The translations under genes were made by a program, and so were the position numbers. This document shows, piece by piece, positions 9,530 to 19,923 of a DNA stretch of 64,000 bases; the first letter of the stretch is position 1; the number at the start of each line of letters is the position of its first letter. Source of the stretch: Candidatus Ozemobacteraceae bacterium. Lineage in GTDB: Bacteria > Muiribacteriota > Ozemobacteria > Ozemobacterales > Ozemobacteraceae. Below the pieces are notes generated by a model. The model made no database searches. It was not told the origin of the DNA and saw nothing but the letters and a program-made list of their open reading frames with translations. The DNA is taken from positions 4,704,001-4,768,000 of the forward strand of contig OZ223236.1 of NCBI GenBank assembly GCA_965140445.1, read 5' to 3'.

Positions 9530-11683
9530 ATGGAAACCACAAAAACCGCAGGAAGATTTGAATTACTGCCTTTCTTCACTGTTCTATTCTTTTTAGGGTT
9601 GAAATTTTCAACCTTAATGCCTGCAAATTTGTATGTCATCTTTCTTTTTGTAGCAATCGCCAGCGTTCTTGTGACAAGAGAGAATTTTATTGATAAGAAG
9701 TGGGCAGGAACAATACTAACCATTGGTGCATTAAGCTCTGGGATTTTTACGGGCATGGTTCAGATTAAGCCTGATATTTCTCAGTTAGACTTGTTTAAAT
9801 TCGACCAGTCCAAAGGTGTTTTAACCGGGCAATTTAAAGGTGAATTCCGCCTGTTAAAAAGTGGTGGCACTACTTTTAAGATGTCCAATCCTATATTAGA
9901 AACAGCTTCTCAAGCCATATCCCTCAACCGAAACATCGTTTGCACAGTTAAAGCCGGTGCAGTTTACCCAGAGCCAGAGCAATATTATTCAGCAACAGGT
10001 ATATTGATTTGTGACCCGGCAGAAGACACCCCTCGATTTAAAGCCGATAAAATAATTCCTGTATCGTCCCCTGTTTCACCAACAGCGATTGCTGGCAGCC
10101 TGCAACGGAAAATAAGAGATACTCTTATGAGCATACTTCCCATGCGCCATGCTTCGTTGATGATTGGATTTCTTCTTGGAGACACAAGCCGTATTAAAAG
10201 AGAAGATCGAATCCTATTCAGAGAAACAGGCCTCAACCACATAATGGCCGTTTCAGGGCAACATATAATGATTCTTGCCTTTTTTCTAGCATCAATCCTG
10301 CACTGGCTTAAGGTGCCACCAGTCTCAAGAAGCCTGCTTATTATAGCTGTTCTCGCGGGTTATGCCATGATTACTACAGGTTCTCCTTCTGTATGGCGAG
10401 CTTTAATAATGTATTGCTGTCTGGCCGTTGTTCTTCATACAGAGGCCAGGCCCGGGCCTTTTCACGCTCTCTCAGCCGCTGCTCTGATCTTGTTGATCTA
10501 CTCCCCAGAGTCCATCAACCATGTTGGTTTTCAGCTTAGTTTCACTGCGGTGTTAGCCATTCTAATTCTTCGTCACCCGATCGAAGATTTTTTGAAGTGC
10601 TTAAGACTTCCAACCTTTTTAAGAAGGTACATTGCAGTTATCCTTGCGGCTAACCTTGGAGTTTTGCCCATGAGTGCCTTCCTCTTTGGTACAATCTCTG
10701 TTTCAGCGCTATTTGTAAATATTCTCACCGGCTGGATTTTTATGTTTATTCTGCCGGTTGGCTTTATCGCCACTTTTTCCGCTATTATTTCGCCAAATAT
10801 CGGGCTCTTTATTGCCCCGGGAATAAGCATAGCGCTGGACGGTTTATTAACATTTTTAGAAAAAGTTCAATCTATTCCTGGTGGATTTTTCTATGTTGGA
10901 AATGTTCCTGGCCTGCTTTGTGCTTTTATTTACCTTTTTCTGTTCTACCTGGCCGCTACCTGGAACAAAAAGCGGGAAAATTTGCTAATCGCACAGGCTG
11001 CTTCCAGAGAAATCCCAAATGAAAAACCGATCATAAAAGTAACCAGAATCTCCGACTTACCAGCAAAAGAAGTTCCGCAAGTAATCCTGGAAGAATCATT
11101 CTCTAAGAATCCTTTTCGTGAAAGAGATAGCGTTGATACTATTGATTATTACATGAAAAGTTTTAGAAATCGTTCACTCAAATCTTCACCATCGAATGAA
11201 CAGCAGCATCCAATTGTTAATCTGCTTGGAATTGATAATCAAACGATCCTTCACAGGCTTCAGGACTTAGATCGCATGGTATTCGAAGAGCAACCAGAGC
11301 GCTTGATACAAGCCAGCGTTTTTCTTCTTTCAATAATGAGCAGCGAGTTCATCTCAAGAATCATTTATTTTCTTGATCCCCCACCAGCCCCGGAAGAACT
11401 TGAAATAGCTCTTGAAGTAAAAAGCCGGCATCTAGACAATATTCTGGTGGCAGACACGATTTTTAATTCTCCAATTCTGACCAGGATAGATAATAAGGAT
11501 ATGATCATGACTCTTTCTCAGGGACAAATCCTTTTCAATCGTGGAAGAAATCAGATCATGCGCACCATAAAAAATTATAAAGGCGAGTATATTGAACAGC
11601 ATTTGCTTTTGCGCAAAGATATTCTGGAATGGACAAAAAAGTTCATCGAGAATTTTAGTAAAAACGGCAAGCTTTCTATCTAG
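9530..11683 (+). CDS. comEC: ComEC/Rec2 family competence protein with an atypical C-terminal domain
   Basis: GFLLGD, FRETGLNHIMAVSGQH, SPSVWRA, VGFQLSF; no MBL HxHxDH-type domain. Confidence 0.85.
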   Translation: METTKTAGRFELLPFFTVLFFLGLKFSTLMPANLYVIFLFVAIASVLVTRENFIDKKWAGTILTIGALSSGIFTGMVQIKPDISQLDLFKFDQSKGVLTGQFKGEFRLLKSGGTTFKMSNPILETASQAISLNRNIVCTVKAGAVYPEPEQYYSATGILICDPAEDTPRFKADKIIPVSSPVSPTAIAGSLQRKIRDTLMSILPMRHASLMIGFLLGDTSRIKREDRILFRETGLNHIMAVSGQHIMILAFFLASILHWLKVPPVSRSLLIIAVLAGYAMITTGSPSVWRALIMYCCLAVVLHTEARPGPFHALSAAALILLIYSPESINHVGFQLSFTAVLAILILRHPIEDFLKCLRLPTFLRRYIAVILAANLGVLPMSAFLFGTISVSALFVNILTGWIFMFILPVGFIATFSAIISPNIGLFIAPGISIALDGLLTFLEKVQSIPGGFFYVGNVPGLLCAFIYLFLFYLAATWNKKRENLLIAQAASREIPNEKPIIKVTRISDLPAKEVPQVILEESFSKNPFRERDSVDTIDYYMKSFRNRSLKSSPSNEQQHPIVNLLGIDNQTILHRLQDLDRMVFEEQPERLIQASVFLLSIMSSEFISRIIYFLDPPPAPEELEIALEVKSRHLDNILVADTIFNSPILTRIDNKDMIMTLSQGQILFNRGRNQIMRTIKNYKGEYIEQHLLLRKDILEWTKKFIENFSKNGKLSI

Positions 11684-11821
11684 CCAAACCCTTCATTTAA
11701 AAAACTTTACAGACCACAAACCAGTAACTATTTATTTTTTTTAATTATTTTTTCCCCAACCACAGTTTTCATTTGATCTCTTGAAAACGCAACCAAGGTT
11801 GTAAAAATTCAGGAGGAAATT

Positions 11822-12202
11822 ATGGTTAGTCTAAACAAAATTATTCTTGCAGGTAACATCACTCGGGACCCGGAAATGCGAAAAACAACTTCAGGAAACG
11901 CAATGGTTACTTTTCCACTGGCGGTACAAAGAAAATGGAAGACCGCAGATGGAGAAACCAAAAAGGAAACCGGTTTTTACCGAATAGTATTCTGGAATTC
12001 AACAGCCGATGCGGTAGCGAAGTATCTATCAAAAGGAAAACCTGTTCTTGTTGAAGGTCGATTAGAAATTAGAAACTTCACGGATTCAAAAGGGAATGTA
12101 AAATACATCACTCAGATTGTTGGCGATCAAATCTCTTTCCTTCATCAAAAAAGAAAATCTGAAGGGCATTTTGACAGCTCTGAACAACCGTCCATTATGT
12201 AG
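11822..12202 (+). CDS. ssb: single-stranded DNA-binding protein
   Basis: LNKIILAGNITRDPEMR, YLSKGKPVLVEGRL; AGGAGG RBS. Confidence 0.93.
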   Translation: MVSLNKIILAGNITRDPEMRKTTSGNAMVTFPLAVQRKWKTADGETKKETGFYRIVFWNSTADAVAKYLSKGKPVLVEGRLEIRNFTDSKGNVKYITQIVGDQISFLHQKRKSEGHFDSSEQPSIM

Positions 12203-12209
12203 TATAAAA

Positions 12210-12243
12210 AAGTGGTGGCTGAGTATTATGTCAGCCACCACTT
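12210..12243. terminator. 13-bp hairpin downstream of ssb
   Basis: AAGTGGTGGCTGA-gtattatg-TCAGCCACCACTT. Confidence 0.7.
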
Positions 12244-12326
12244 ATTCAGCTTTTTTAAATATTTAATGCAAAAGCTCTCGAAATTTGGCATTATATAAGT
12301 AAGTCTTCTTGAGTTGGGCGCATTAA

Positions 12327-13604
12327 ATGAAACCACAATATAAGCTAAGAATATTTGATTTTTTAAACTGTTTATCTGATATTCTGGACTGGATCAGTCC
12401 TGTTTTGAATGACCATCATAAACAGGTAGCCCTTATCTCGCTCAGACTAGCTGACGCTCTTGATCTTCCCATATTTGAGCAAAATAATATTGTCTGCGCT
12501 GGAATACTTCACGACATAGGTGCCATTTCTCTTGCAGAGCGAATGGACAACATGAAGTTTGAAAACACTACAGGCCAGGATCATGCTGAACTTGGTTTCT
12601 ATCTGATAAATATCTTTGAGCCCATGCAGGAAGTAGCCAAGCTGATAAAATTCCATCATGTTCCATGGGATCATGGAAATGGCCAGAGCTATAAAGGCGA
12701 AAAAGTTAATCTTGGTAGCAGAATTCTATTTCTTGCAGACCACATCGCTCTCTTGATTGACCGAAAAAGAGAAATCCTTGGGCAAAATAACCATATCAAG
12801 GAAGTTATTTCCAGTTTTTCTGGCACAATGTTTGAGCCATCGCTTGTAGACGCTTTTATGGAGCTTGCAGATAAAGAATATTTCTGGCTGGATCTAACTT
12901 CACCAATGATTGGAAAACAACTCGAACAATCAGTTAAGTTAGAACAGATGCATTTAAACTGCCAGGAATTGCTCTCCTTTTCTGGTTTAATCCGCAGGAT
13001 TATCGATTTCCGCAGTCCATTTACCGCAACCCATTCCAGTGGAGTTTCCGCAACTTCCGAATGTCTTGGCAGACTGGCAGGACTTGGTGATCACGAATGT
13101 TTCGAGCTCAGGGTAGCTGGATTCCTGCATGACCTTGGCAAACTTGCTATTCCTACCGAGATCCTTGAAAAACCAGGCAAGCTCACTAACGAAGAATTTA
13201 ACGTTATGCGTGGACATACTTTTTACACATATAGAGCACTTGAGCCAATTGAAGATCTGCACCAGATTAATCAGTATGGCTCATACCATCACGAAAGGCT
13301 TGATGGCACCGGCTATCCATTCAGACTTTCGCAAAAAGATCTACCGCTTGGATCAAAATTGTTAGCTGTAGCAGATGTTTTTACGGCTCTCACAGAAGAC
13401 AGACCTTACCGAAAAGGAATGACTAATGAGCAATCGCTTCTAATTCTTCAAAAAATGGGAGAAAACAACAAGCTGGACGCTAAAATTGTGCAGCTGGTAA
13501 GCGAAAACTTTGCAGAAATTAATAAGGTTAGAATTGCTGCACAGAACAAGTCCAGACGCGAATACAGGGAATTTCTTTCCCAGATTGGATCAGATAATCC
13601 CTGA
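12327..13604 (+). CDS. dual HD-domain / HD-GYP phosphodiesterase
   Basis: N-terminal LHDIG domain with a degenerate GYP motif; C-terminal LHDLGK...HHERLDGTGYP...DVFTALTEDRPYR. Confidence 0.9.
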   Translation: MKPQYKLRIFDFLNCLSDILDWISPVLNDHHKQVALISLRLADALDLPIFEQNNIVCAGILHDIGAISLAERMDNMKFENTTGQDHAELGFYLINIFEPMQEVAKLIKFHHVPWDHGNGQSYKGEKVNLGSRILFLADHIALLIDRKREILGQNNHIKEVISSFSGTMFEPSLVDAFMELADKEYFWLDLTSPMIGKQLEQSVKLEQMHLNCQELLSFSGLIRRIIDFRSPFTATHSSGVSATSECLGRLAGLGDHECFELRVAGFLHDLGKLAIPTEILEKPGKLTNEEFNVMRGHTFYTYRALEPIEDLHQINQYGSYHHERLDGTGYPFRLSQKDLPLGSKLLAVADVFTALTEDRPYRKGMTNEQSLLILQKMGENNKLDAKIVQLVSENFAEINKVRIAAQNKSRREYREFLSQIGSDNP

Positions 13605-14912
13605 CTTAATCAGATTCGTATAGTAAATTTGCGATTTTAGCAGGTCTTCTTCCAGAATCCATTCATCGTTCTGATGTGCCATAGCTTCTTTTCCTGGCCC
13701 GATTCCAATTGTTGGTATTTTTCCCATGCCTGCAGAGTAAACTCCATCTGTGGAAAAAGGCCAGATTTTTACGGTTGGAGCTTTACCAAAACAGCTTTGA
13801 TAAACTTCTACTGATTTTTTGAAAAAAGCGTTATCCACTGAAGTTTCCCAGGCAGAATGCTCCGAGAACCAGTTAGAAACTTTTCCGGTATATGATGGCG
13901 AATTGTATGTATATTGGACCAATTTCACATCATTTGGCCATTCAGCAATACTTCGAAGCTTTTCACAAATACTGGAAAAATTATCATTAAGAGAAAGACG
14001 TACAATAACATGAGCTTCAGCTCTATCTGGCACAAAGCTTTTCACTTCAGGAAAGCTTTTGATAGAAGTGGCAACAATAGTATTTCTCTTTAAAACATTT
14101 TCAGATTCCAGACCAAATTTTTCAACTTCTGATTGATTCAGCTTTTCAATGCAAAGTAACGCTTTTGCCAGCTTGTAAGCTGCGTTTTCCCCTACTTCTG
14201 GGACCGATGTGTGAGCGCGTTTTCCAGAGGCTTGAACAAGAAATTCCAGTTTTCCTCTTTGTCCACGGGCTATGTCCAGCTGAGAAGGCTCTCCAAGCAC
14301 TACAGCTGAAGGCTTTAAACCAGTCCATTCAATCAGTTCTTTAAATGCAAGCCCCTCTCCAACCTCTTCTTCAGTACAGAAGCATCCCATAATCACATCT
14401 GTAAAGTCCTGTTCACCCGCATATTTATTTATTACGGCCATTGAACTTGCTATGGCAGCAACTGCGCCTTTCATATCGCAGGTTCCTCGTCCGTATAGCC
14501 TTCCTGCGTTTCTTGAGAGTTTAAAAGGAGGAAATATCCATTCTTCATGGTTACTGGCCGCCACCACGTCTATATGGCCGTTAAAAGCAAGAATTTCCAC
14601 TGCCTTTTCTTTGCACTTGCCTGCTATTTCTTTTAAATCTGCTTGAGTTGGATTAGCAACGAAACCAGCATAATCAAAATTTGTCTTAATGCTTTGTGGC
14701 AAAAGAACTGCAACGACACTCCCCCGCTCATCACGCAAAGCAGGAATTTTATGTTCGGCAAAAAATCCAAGTAAGGCATCGGCAGCTTGTTTTTCATTTC
14801 TGCTGGTTGACTCAGCAGCAATTAAATCTGAAAGAAGTTCAATTGTGGATTCAAATTCCTGTTTACAAAGTTGAGTAATTTTTGTCTCATTATTGTTTGT
14901 TTGCATGATCAA
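13590..14912 (-). CDS. M20 family metallo-hydrolase (YgeY/ArgE/DapE-like)
   Basis: FNGHIDVV, LYGRGTCDMKG, TEEE, GEPS, GQRG, FSTDG, GPG..AH..DE. Confidence 0.88.
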   Translation of the reverse strand: MIMQTNNNETKITQLCKQEFESTIELLSDLIAAESTSRNEKQAADALLGFFAEHKIPALRDERGSVVAVLLPQSIKTNFDYAGFVANPTQADLKEIAGKCKEKAVEILAFNGHIDVVAASNHEEWIFPPFKLSRNAGRLYGRGTCDMKGAVAAIASSMAVINKYAGEQDFTDVIMGCFCTEEEVGEGLAFKELIEWTGLKPSAVVLGEPSQLDIARGQRGKLEFLVQASGKRAHTSVPEVGENAAYKLAKALLCIEKLNQSEVEKFGLESENVLKRNTIVATSIKSFPEVKSFVPDRAEAHVIVRLSLNDNFSSICEKLRSIAEWPNDVKLVQYTYNSPSYTGKVSNWFSEHSAWETSVDNAFFKKSVEVYQSCFGKAPTVKIWPFSTDGVYSAGMGKIPTIGIGPGKEAMAHQNDEWILEEDLLKSQIYYTNLIKSGII

Positions 14913-14925
14913 TGCGCCTTATCTA

Positions 14926-15765
14926 TCAGTTATTGTGGCATCTTTTGCACACCCATCTATCAGAGTGGCAAGCCTGGCACCTCATAGGATTGGTTCTTGC
15001 TGCTATTCCATGTCGGCGACTAACCCATGCTAAAGTGTGACTGTCTGGCTTTCTAGCGTGGCAGGATAAACAGGATGAGTCTTCATGGCAAGTTCTACAC
15101 CGGGCGGGATTAGTTCTATAAGCAGTCCCATGCTTTTTTTCAAAGTTTCGAACATGATCGGCTGGTCGCGGGGTCGGATTATGACACATAGTGCAGTTTT
15201 TAGCGACTTCGCGGCCATTATGACACTTTAAACATGAATCCATGGTCAGATCGGTTTTATTTCCATCCAGATTTTCCCAATCATTTATACCGTGGTGACA
15301 TTCTAAACACTCGGTTGATTTGTGTTTTCCATGATCAAATTTTACAAATTCGGGAAGCCGTTTTCTTTTGCGCTCTGTTGGACCAGGTTTATCGAGATGG
15401 CAAAGGGCGCAATCAGCTTTTTCTCTGGTTTTAAAATGACAAACCAGGCATCTTTTTTCAGCTGGACGACCAAAAGTTCCGTTCTCTTCCTGAGGAGGCA
15501 ACACCACAGGAGGATGATTTTGGGTAACAATATTGGACTTGCGTAACGGTTGCCAGCCACCGGGCATCACATCAGAAGCTGATGAGCCCTCTCGCGCTGG
15601 AATACTGCCATCTGCATGACATCTCATGCAGGTAACATTGTTCATATAATGACTTTTGTGGGAAAACCTGGTATTGGATTCTGTCTTATAAGTGGCAGCT
15701 GACAGGCACAGAGTGACCATAACCAGCATCAAAACCGCAACTAGATTTTTTATTACCCTGACCAA
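14926..15765 (-). CDS. secreted decaheme cytochrome c (c3/c7-like)
   Basis: Signal peptide; 10 CXXCH motifs; FSHKSH and FDHGKH distal-His motifs. Confidence 0.9.
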   Translation of the reverse strand: MVRVIKNLVAVLMLVMVTLCLSAATYKTESNTRFSHKSHYMNNVTCMRCHADGSIPAREGSSASDVMPGGWQPLRKSNIVTQNHPPVVLPPQEENGTFGRPAEKRCLVCHFKTREKADCALCHLDKPGPTERKRKRLPEFVKFDHGKHKSTECLECHHGINDWENLDGNKTDLTMDSCLKCHNGREVAKNCTMCHNPTPRPADHVRNFEKKHGTAYRTNPARCRTCHEDSSCLSCHARKPDSHTLAWVSRRHGIAARTNPMRCQACHSDRWVCKRCHNN

Positions 15766-15829
15766 TTACCATTCCCCTGCTCAAATTCTGCCTAATTTTA
15801 TATCCTTTGCCCGTTATGTACAAGGAAAA

Positions 15830-16645
15830 TTATGATTTTTCCGGTTGGCACCCTGGACAAAAAAAGCTTCCTCGTCCTGCAATCACAGTGCGACTGATCC
15901 TGCAATTTCCGCATCTTGGGCAAATTTCTCCAGTTCGCCCATAGGCAAGCGTTTCAATCGGAAAATGCGTGCTGTCACCATCCAGAAGCATCCTCTTATC
16001 AAAACTCGCCCGCCCTCGACTGATAGCCTCATTAATAACCAGAGTCGCATTTTCAGCCAGTAGGCTGCATTCCCTCAAACTAAGCTTTGAAGCAGGCGTA
16101 GTCGGGTTAATTCCAGATCTGAATAAAGCTTCATTAGCATAAATATTACCAAGCCCGGACAATTTGCTCTGGTCCATTATCAATGATTTGATACTGATCT
16201 TCCTTCCTTTACTCAAATCGAAAAGAAATCGACCATTGAATTCTTTATCCATGGGTTCAACAACTCTGCTGTCTGGAAGGTCGCAAACTAGTATCAGCCC
16301 AAACTTTCGCGGGTCAACAAAAGCTAGTTTTCTGCCGGATCGCAAATTAATTAGCAGGCGCAAATGCTTAATTTTAGAGATTTCTTCTGAACTTTTAAGA
16401 TGAAAACTACCAGTCATACCGAGATGGAAACAAATAGCATTATTGCTCCCAAATTCGAAGAAGATGGTTTTTCCGATGCGCCGAAAAGCGAGAATATCCT
16501 TCCCAATAGCGAAAGAAACGTTTTTTGCGGTTGGAATTGGCTTCCGGAGTTTCTCTGCATGGGGCTCCCATGAAGCAATTGCATCATCGGAAATCAGCTT
16601 TTCCAGACCATATCTTACTGTTTCGACTTCAGGTAATTCGGGCAT
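15830..16645 (-). CDS. mutM: formamidopyrimidine-DNA glycosylase
   Basis: MPELPEVETV, HLGMTG, DPRKFG, GLGNIYANEALF, C-terminal CPRC..CPGCQ finger. Confidence 0.96.
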   Translation of the reverse strand: MPELPEVETVRYGLEKLISDDAIASWEPHAEKLRKPIPTAKNVSFAIGKDILAFRRIGKTIFFEFGSNNAICFHLGMTGSFHLKSSEEISKIKHLRLLINLRSGRKLAFVDPRKFGLILVCDLPDSRVVEPMDKEFNGRFLFDLSKGRKISIKSLIMDQSKLSGLGNIYANEALFRSGINPTTPASKLSLRECSLLAENATLVINEAISRGRASFDKRMLLDGDSTHFPIETLAYGRTGEICPRCGNCRISRTVIAGRGSFFCPGCQPEKS

Positions 16646-16705
16646 GGATACATTTTAAGCCCTGCCAACCAAAAACAATAGGATTTTTTTACGCCTGATT
16701 TGAGT

Positions 16706-18040
16706 TTAAAAAGTTACTCGGGTCTCAACAAACAGCGTGTCATTTTCGCCGAACTGTCCCACTGGGCCAAGGCTTTCAGATGCCTCTCCGTTAAGTTGAT
16801 AACCCAGAATTATAGATAGAAAATCTGACTTTATCATGGTTATTTTAGGCGTGATCACATATTCACCAGTGGTAAAGTTGGAAATCCCCGCCAACTCAAT
16901 CTGAAGCTTGTCTCGCTTGAAATTCTGTCGAAGCTGAAAAGTGCCAAGATACTCAGTAGAATTAAGCTGAAAAGGTGTCGCCGTCTTTAAATCAGGCACC
17001 ACCGACATCATTGCCTGAAGATTGACGTAAAAATTGTTGGGCAGATTTTTATCGGTTCCAACCAAAAAGTTGTACTGGTCGCTGAAAAACTTTTTCCCAA
17101 TGTGCCCATCTGTAAAAGATGAAAAAGTCTTATTGTTGGTGTATGCAAACTCAAATCTCATAAGCAGATCATCGGTTACGTTGAAGTTGCCATTTAAAGC
17201 AACTGTTTCATCGGTTGGATATGTTCCGTAAATGTTTCCAGGCTTTTCCATGCTGATTACCGGAAGCCTTTCTTTCAGATACATGTAATGAAGCCTTAAT
17301 TCCAGCTTTTCGAAAGTGCTGGAAAATTCAACATGAAACTGGTCGGTAAAGCTGGTGCTGTCTTCCTGATTGTATGTTGCACCGTTGAGCAAAATTTCGC
17401 TGGCCAGGGTCTTGTGAATTGCATAGGCCCATTTGCTGTAAATACTCGGAAATTCACTGGCATTGAAATATGGCATATAATGTCCAGAAAGGCTGTATTT
17501 CTTGTTTATAAACCATGTACCTTTTATAGCTGCCACTTCTTTTTTATCGCGATTGTAATCATTGGCAAGGCCGTTATGAAAACGCCTGGAATTTAATTTA
17601 TCCACAAATGAAAATTTATCACCAGATCCAATGTTCTCGATCAGTGTGCCAAGCTTGAAATCAAAGTTTCCCGCCCTGAATTTATAATAGTTTTCTCCGG
17701 GAAACACAGCCCATTTTTTATTATTATCTTCATGATAATAATTGGCATTAAAGCCACCAAAGAAGGTTTGATCCTTACCAAACTTTCGTTCCAGATTCAC
17801 CCGGGCCTGATCAAACGAAGAAAACTCATTGTATTGCCAGTTCCACCAGCCAGAAATGAAAGGTCTTTTGACGGTTGGCTTTCCTGAATCTGATTCGTCG
17901 CCCCAATCGTCCCATTCTCCTGCAAAAGTAGACTGAGAACTGCCGAGGGTTAGGCTTATCAAAAGTGCTAAAATGAGAAAGTGGCAAAACCTGAGATTCA
18001 GGATTTGTCTATAAAGAAGCTTTGTTTGAAACCGTTTTAT
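16706..18040 (-). CDS. outer-membrane beta-barrel protein (DUF1302-like)
   Basis: Aromatic-rich amphipathic strands ending in ETRVTF. The frame is open upstream of the track's TTG (17962) to an ATA at 18040 with a GGAGG RBS, which gives a full signal peptide. Confidence 0.7.
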   Translation of the reverse strand: MKRFQTKLLYRQILNLRFCHFLILALLISLTLGSSQSTFAGEWDDWGDESDSGKPTVKRPFISGWWNWQYNEFSSFDQARVNLERKFGKDQTFFGGFNANYYHEDNNKKWAVFPGENYYKFRAGNFDFKLGTLIENIGSGDKFSFVDKLNSRRFHNGLANDYNRDKKEVAAIKGTWFINKKYSLSGHYMPYFNASEFPSIYSKWAYAIHKTLASEILLNGATYNQEDSTSFTDQFHVEFSSTFEKLELRLHYMYLKERLPVISMEKPGNIYGTYPTDETVALNGNFNVTDDLLMRFEFAYTNNKTFSSFTDGHIGKKFFSDQYNFLVGTDKNLPNNFYVNLQAMMSVVPDLKTATPFQLNSTEYLGTFQLRQNFKRDKLQIELAGISNFTTGEYVITPKITMIKSDFLSIILGYQLNGEASESLGPVGQFGENDTLFVETRVTF

Positions 18041-18113
18041 CGGCTTGCCTCCATTTTTTTCTCTACAAAAAATATCGGCACATAGGCATTTCAGACTGAA
18101 AAGAATTTGGAAT

Positions 18114-18145
18114 AAAAAAACAGGCCGCTATAACCAGCGACCTGT
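18114..18145 (-). terminator. Rho-independent terminator after the LolA-like gene
   Basis: Minus strand reads ACAGGTCGCT-ggttat-AGCGGCCTGT followed by a T-run. Confidence 0.65.
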
Positions 18146-18171
18146 CTGTTTTTTAAAACGATCTCCAGGGA

Positions 18172-18942
18172 CTACTTTGCCATATTCCTCTTTGAAAATT
18201 CATCGGCAGAAAGAGGAAGATCATATTTAATTTTAGCTGTCTTCAGAACTGTGCTGGTATTCTTGCTCAAATCTTGCATGGTTACCTGTTTGGGAGTCCA
18301 GATATCCTGAATTTTCTCAAGGTCGGTAGCATTCATTACCTTAATTAGTTTTGTTGGATCTTTTTTGTCATACATTTCAGTTTTCAGAGCAACAAATTTA
18401 TCTTTTGAAACGGTCATAACTACTCTTGAATAAGAGGTGTTGTCATCCTTTTTCTTTGCTTCAAACTGGTATACATCTTCGCCGTTAAGCTTGGTTTCTT
18501 TCAGGTTGCTACAGTTATATTCATCTGCGTGCAGATCTTCCATGTCTTCATAGGTAAAATCACTGGAAACAAAGGCCAAACCATAATCTTCGGCCACAAT
18601 TTTTCGAATTTTCTTGAAAGCCGGAAGATAAATCCACTTCTGCTTTTGGCGATTGGCTTCATTCACCAGATAAGTGGTATTCCTGATATCAGTTGGTGCA
18701 GCAAAATGAATGAAATTATCCTTGTTATTGTTGTCTTTTTTCTGGCGTGAAATAGTCATTTTTCTTTCACGTTCTTTGCCATTTTTATCAACAAGTATCA
18801 TTAAAACATTGGCTTTAGAGGTTTTACCAACGTAACGATCTTCAACCTTTTGCAATATATCCTGAGCCGTTATAGCCATTGCTCCACTAGAACACAAAGC
18901 AAATGCCATAAACATAATTAAAGTGATTAATCTGAATTTCAT
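18172..18942 (-). CDS. outer membrane lipoprotein-sorting protein (LolA-like)
   Basis: Signal peptide; FAAPTDIRNTTYL, WIYLPAFKKIRKI, FVSSDFTYEDM, IWTP, LSADEFSKRNM. Confidence 0.88.
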   Translation of the reverse strand: MKFRLITLIMFMAFALCSSGAMAITAQDILQKVEDRYVGKTSKANVLMILVDKNGKERERKMTISRQKKDNNNKDNFIHFAAPTDIRNTTYLVNEANRQKQKWIYLPAFKKIRKIVAEDYGLAFVSSDFTYEDMEDLHADEYNCSNLKETKLNGEDVYQFEAKKKDDNTSYSRVVMTVSKDKFVALKTEMYDKKDPTKLIKVMNATDLEKIQDIWTPKQVTMQDLSKNTSTVLKTAKIKYDLPLSADEFSKRNMAK

Positions 18943-19074
18943 AGCGCCTCCAGAAATGTTATCTACTTATATTCTACCCTGAATACACATCATTCACAAC
19001 ATAGGCAGAATTTGAAGTTTTACCAGAAGTCAGCTAGAATAGTCTAAATCACGGGTTTTCTTTCTGGAGATGAA

Positions 19075-19923
19075 ATGAGTATCAGACAAATAGTCGCTTC
19101 AGCAATTTTTACTTTACTGGCTCTTACTGCCTCTGCTCAAACGAAAATACCTGAAAAGGCTTTTATAAATAACTGTCTCAAGGCAACAAAAAAAATCTTT
19201 GAACTCCAGAAAAAAATACAGGACCTCCACCCATTACTAAAAAAGGTTTACCAAATAGCCGTAGTTGAAAATAACCAGATGTATATGTTCAACTTTGATC
19301 AGCAGTCCGGTGCTTATAAATTCTCTAAAAAGCAAGAGACTCCCTTCCCTATGCCGGCTGGTTTAAAGGCTTCATTCCCGGTAAATAATGTTCCAACCTG
19401 TGTTGTGTCTAAAGACATTTTTGATTCTCTGGAAGGATATGTGATAATTTTTCATGAATTCATGCATTGCGCCCAGATGGAAATCTGTGAGAACAGCTTA
19501 AAAGAAACACTGGAAATTGCTAAAATTCCTTATGAAAAAAAAGATTTTTCGTGGGAACTCAATCACCCGTTCCCTTATAATAATGCGGAATTCAATAAAC
19601 ATTACCCAAAGCTTATGCATGCTCTGGATGCTAATGAAGAAAGTCATGTTGTCCAGGCCAAAACAGGTTTAAAAAACTGTCTGAATCAAATTGATTTTCA
19701 GTATATGAACTGGCAGGAATGGAAGGAGGGCTTCGCTCGTTTCATTGAAAACAAGATTCGTCACAGACTAAAACTTAAAACAAAGGAAACTTTGCCCCCA
19801 CCACCCCTTAACCGAGGAGCTTTTTACATTGGTGGTGCAAAAACTATCGAATATCTTTCCAGACAGGATCCCGCAATAATTTTGGACCTTCAAGCTCTAT
19901 TCTTAAAAATCAGAAGTTTATAG
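19075..19923 (+). CDS. secreted HEXXH (gluzincin-like) protein
   Basis: Signal peptide; IIFHEFMHCAQ and a downstream WKEGFA. Confidence 0.6.
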   Translation: MSIRQIVASAIFTLLALTASAQTKIPEKAFINNCLKATKKIFELQKKIQDLHPLLKKVYQIAVVENNQMYMFNFDQQSGAYKFSKKQETPFPMPAGLKASFPVNNVPTCVVSKDIFDSLEGYVIIFHEFMHCAQMEICENSLKETLEIAKIPYEKKDFSWELNHPFPYNNAEFNKHYPKLMHALDANEESHVVQAKTGLKNCLNQIDFQYMNWQEWKEGFARFIENKIRHRLKLKTKETLPPPPLNRGAFYIGGAKTIEYLSRQDPAIILDLQALFLKIRSL

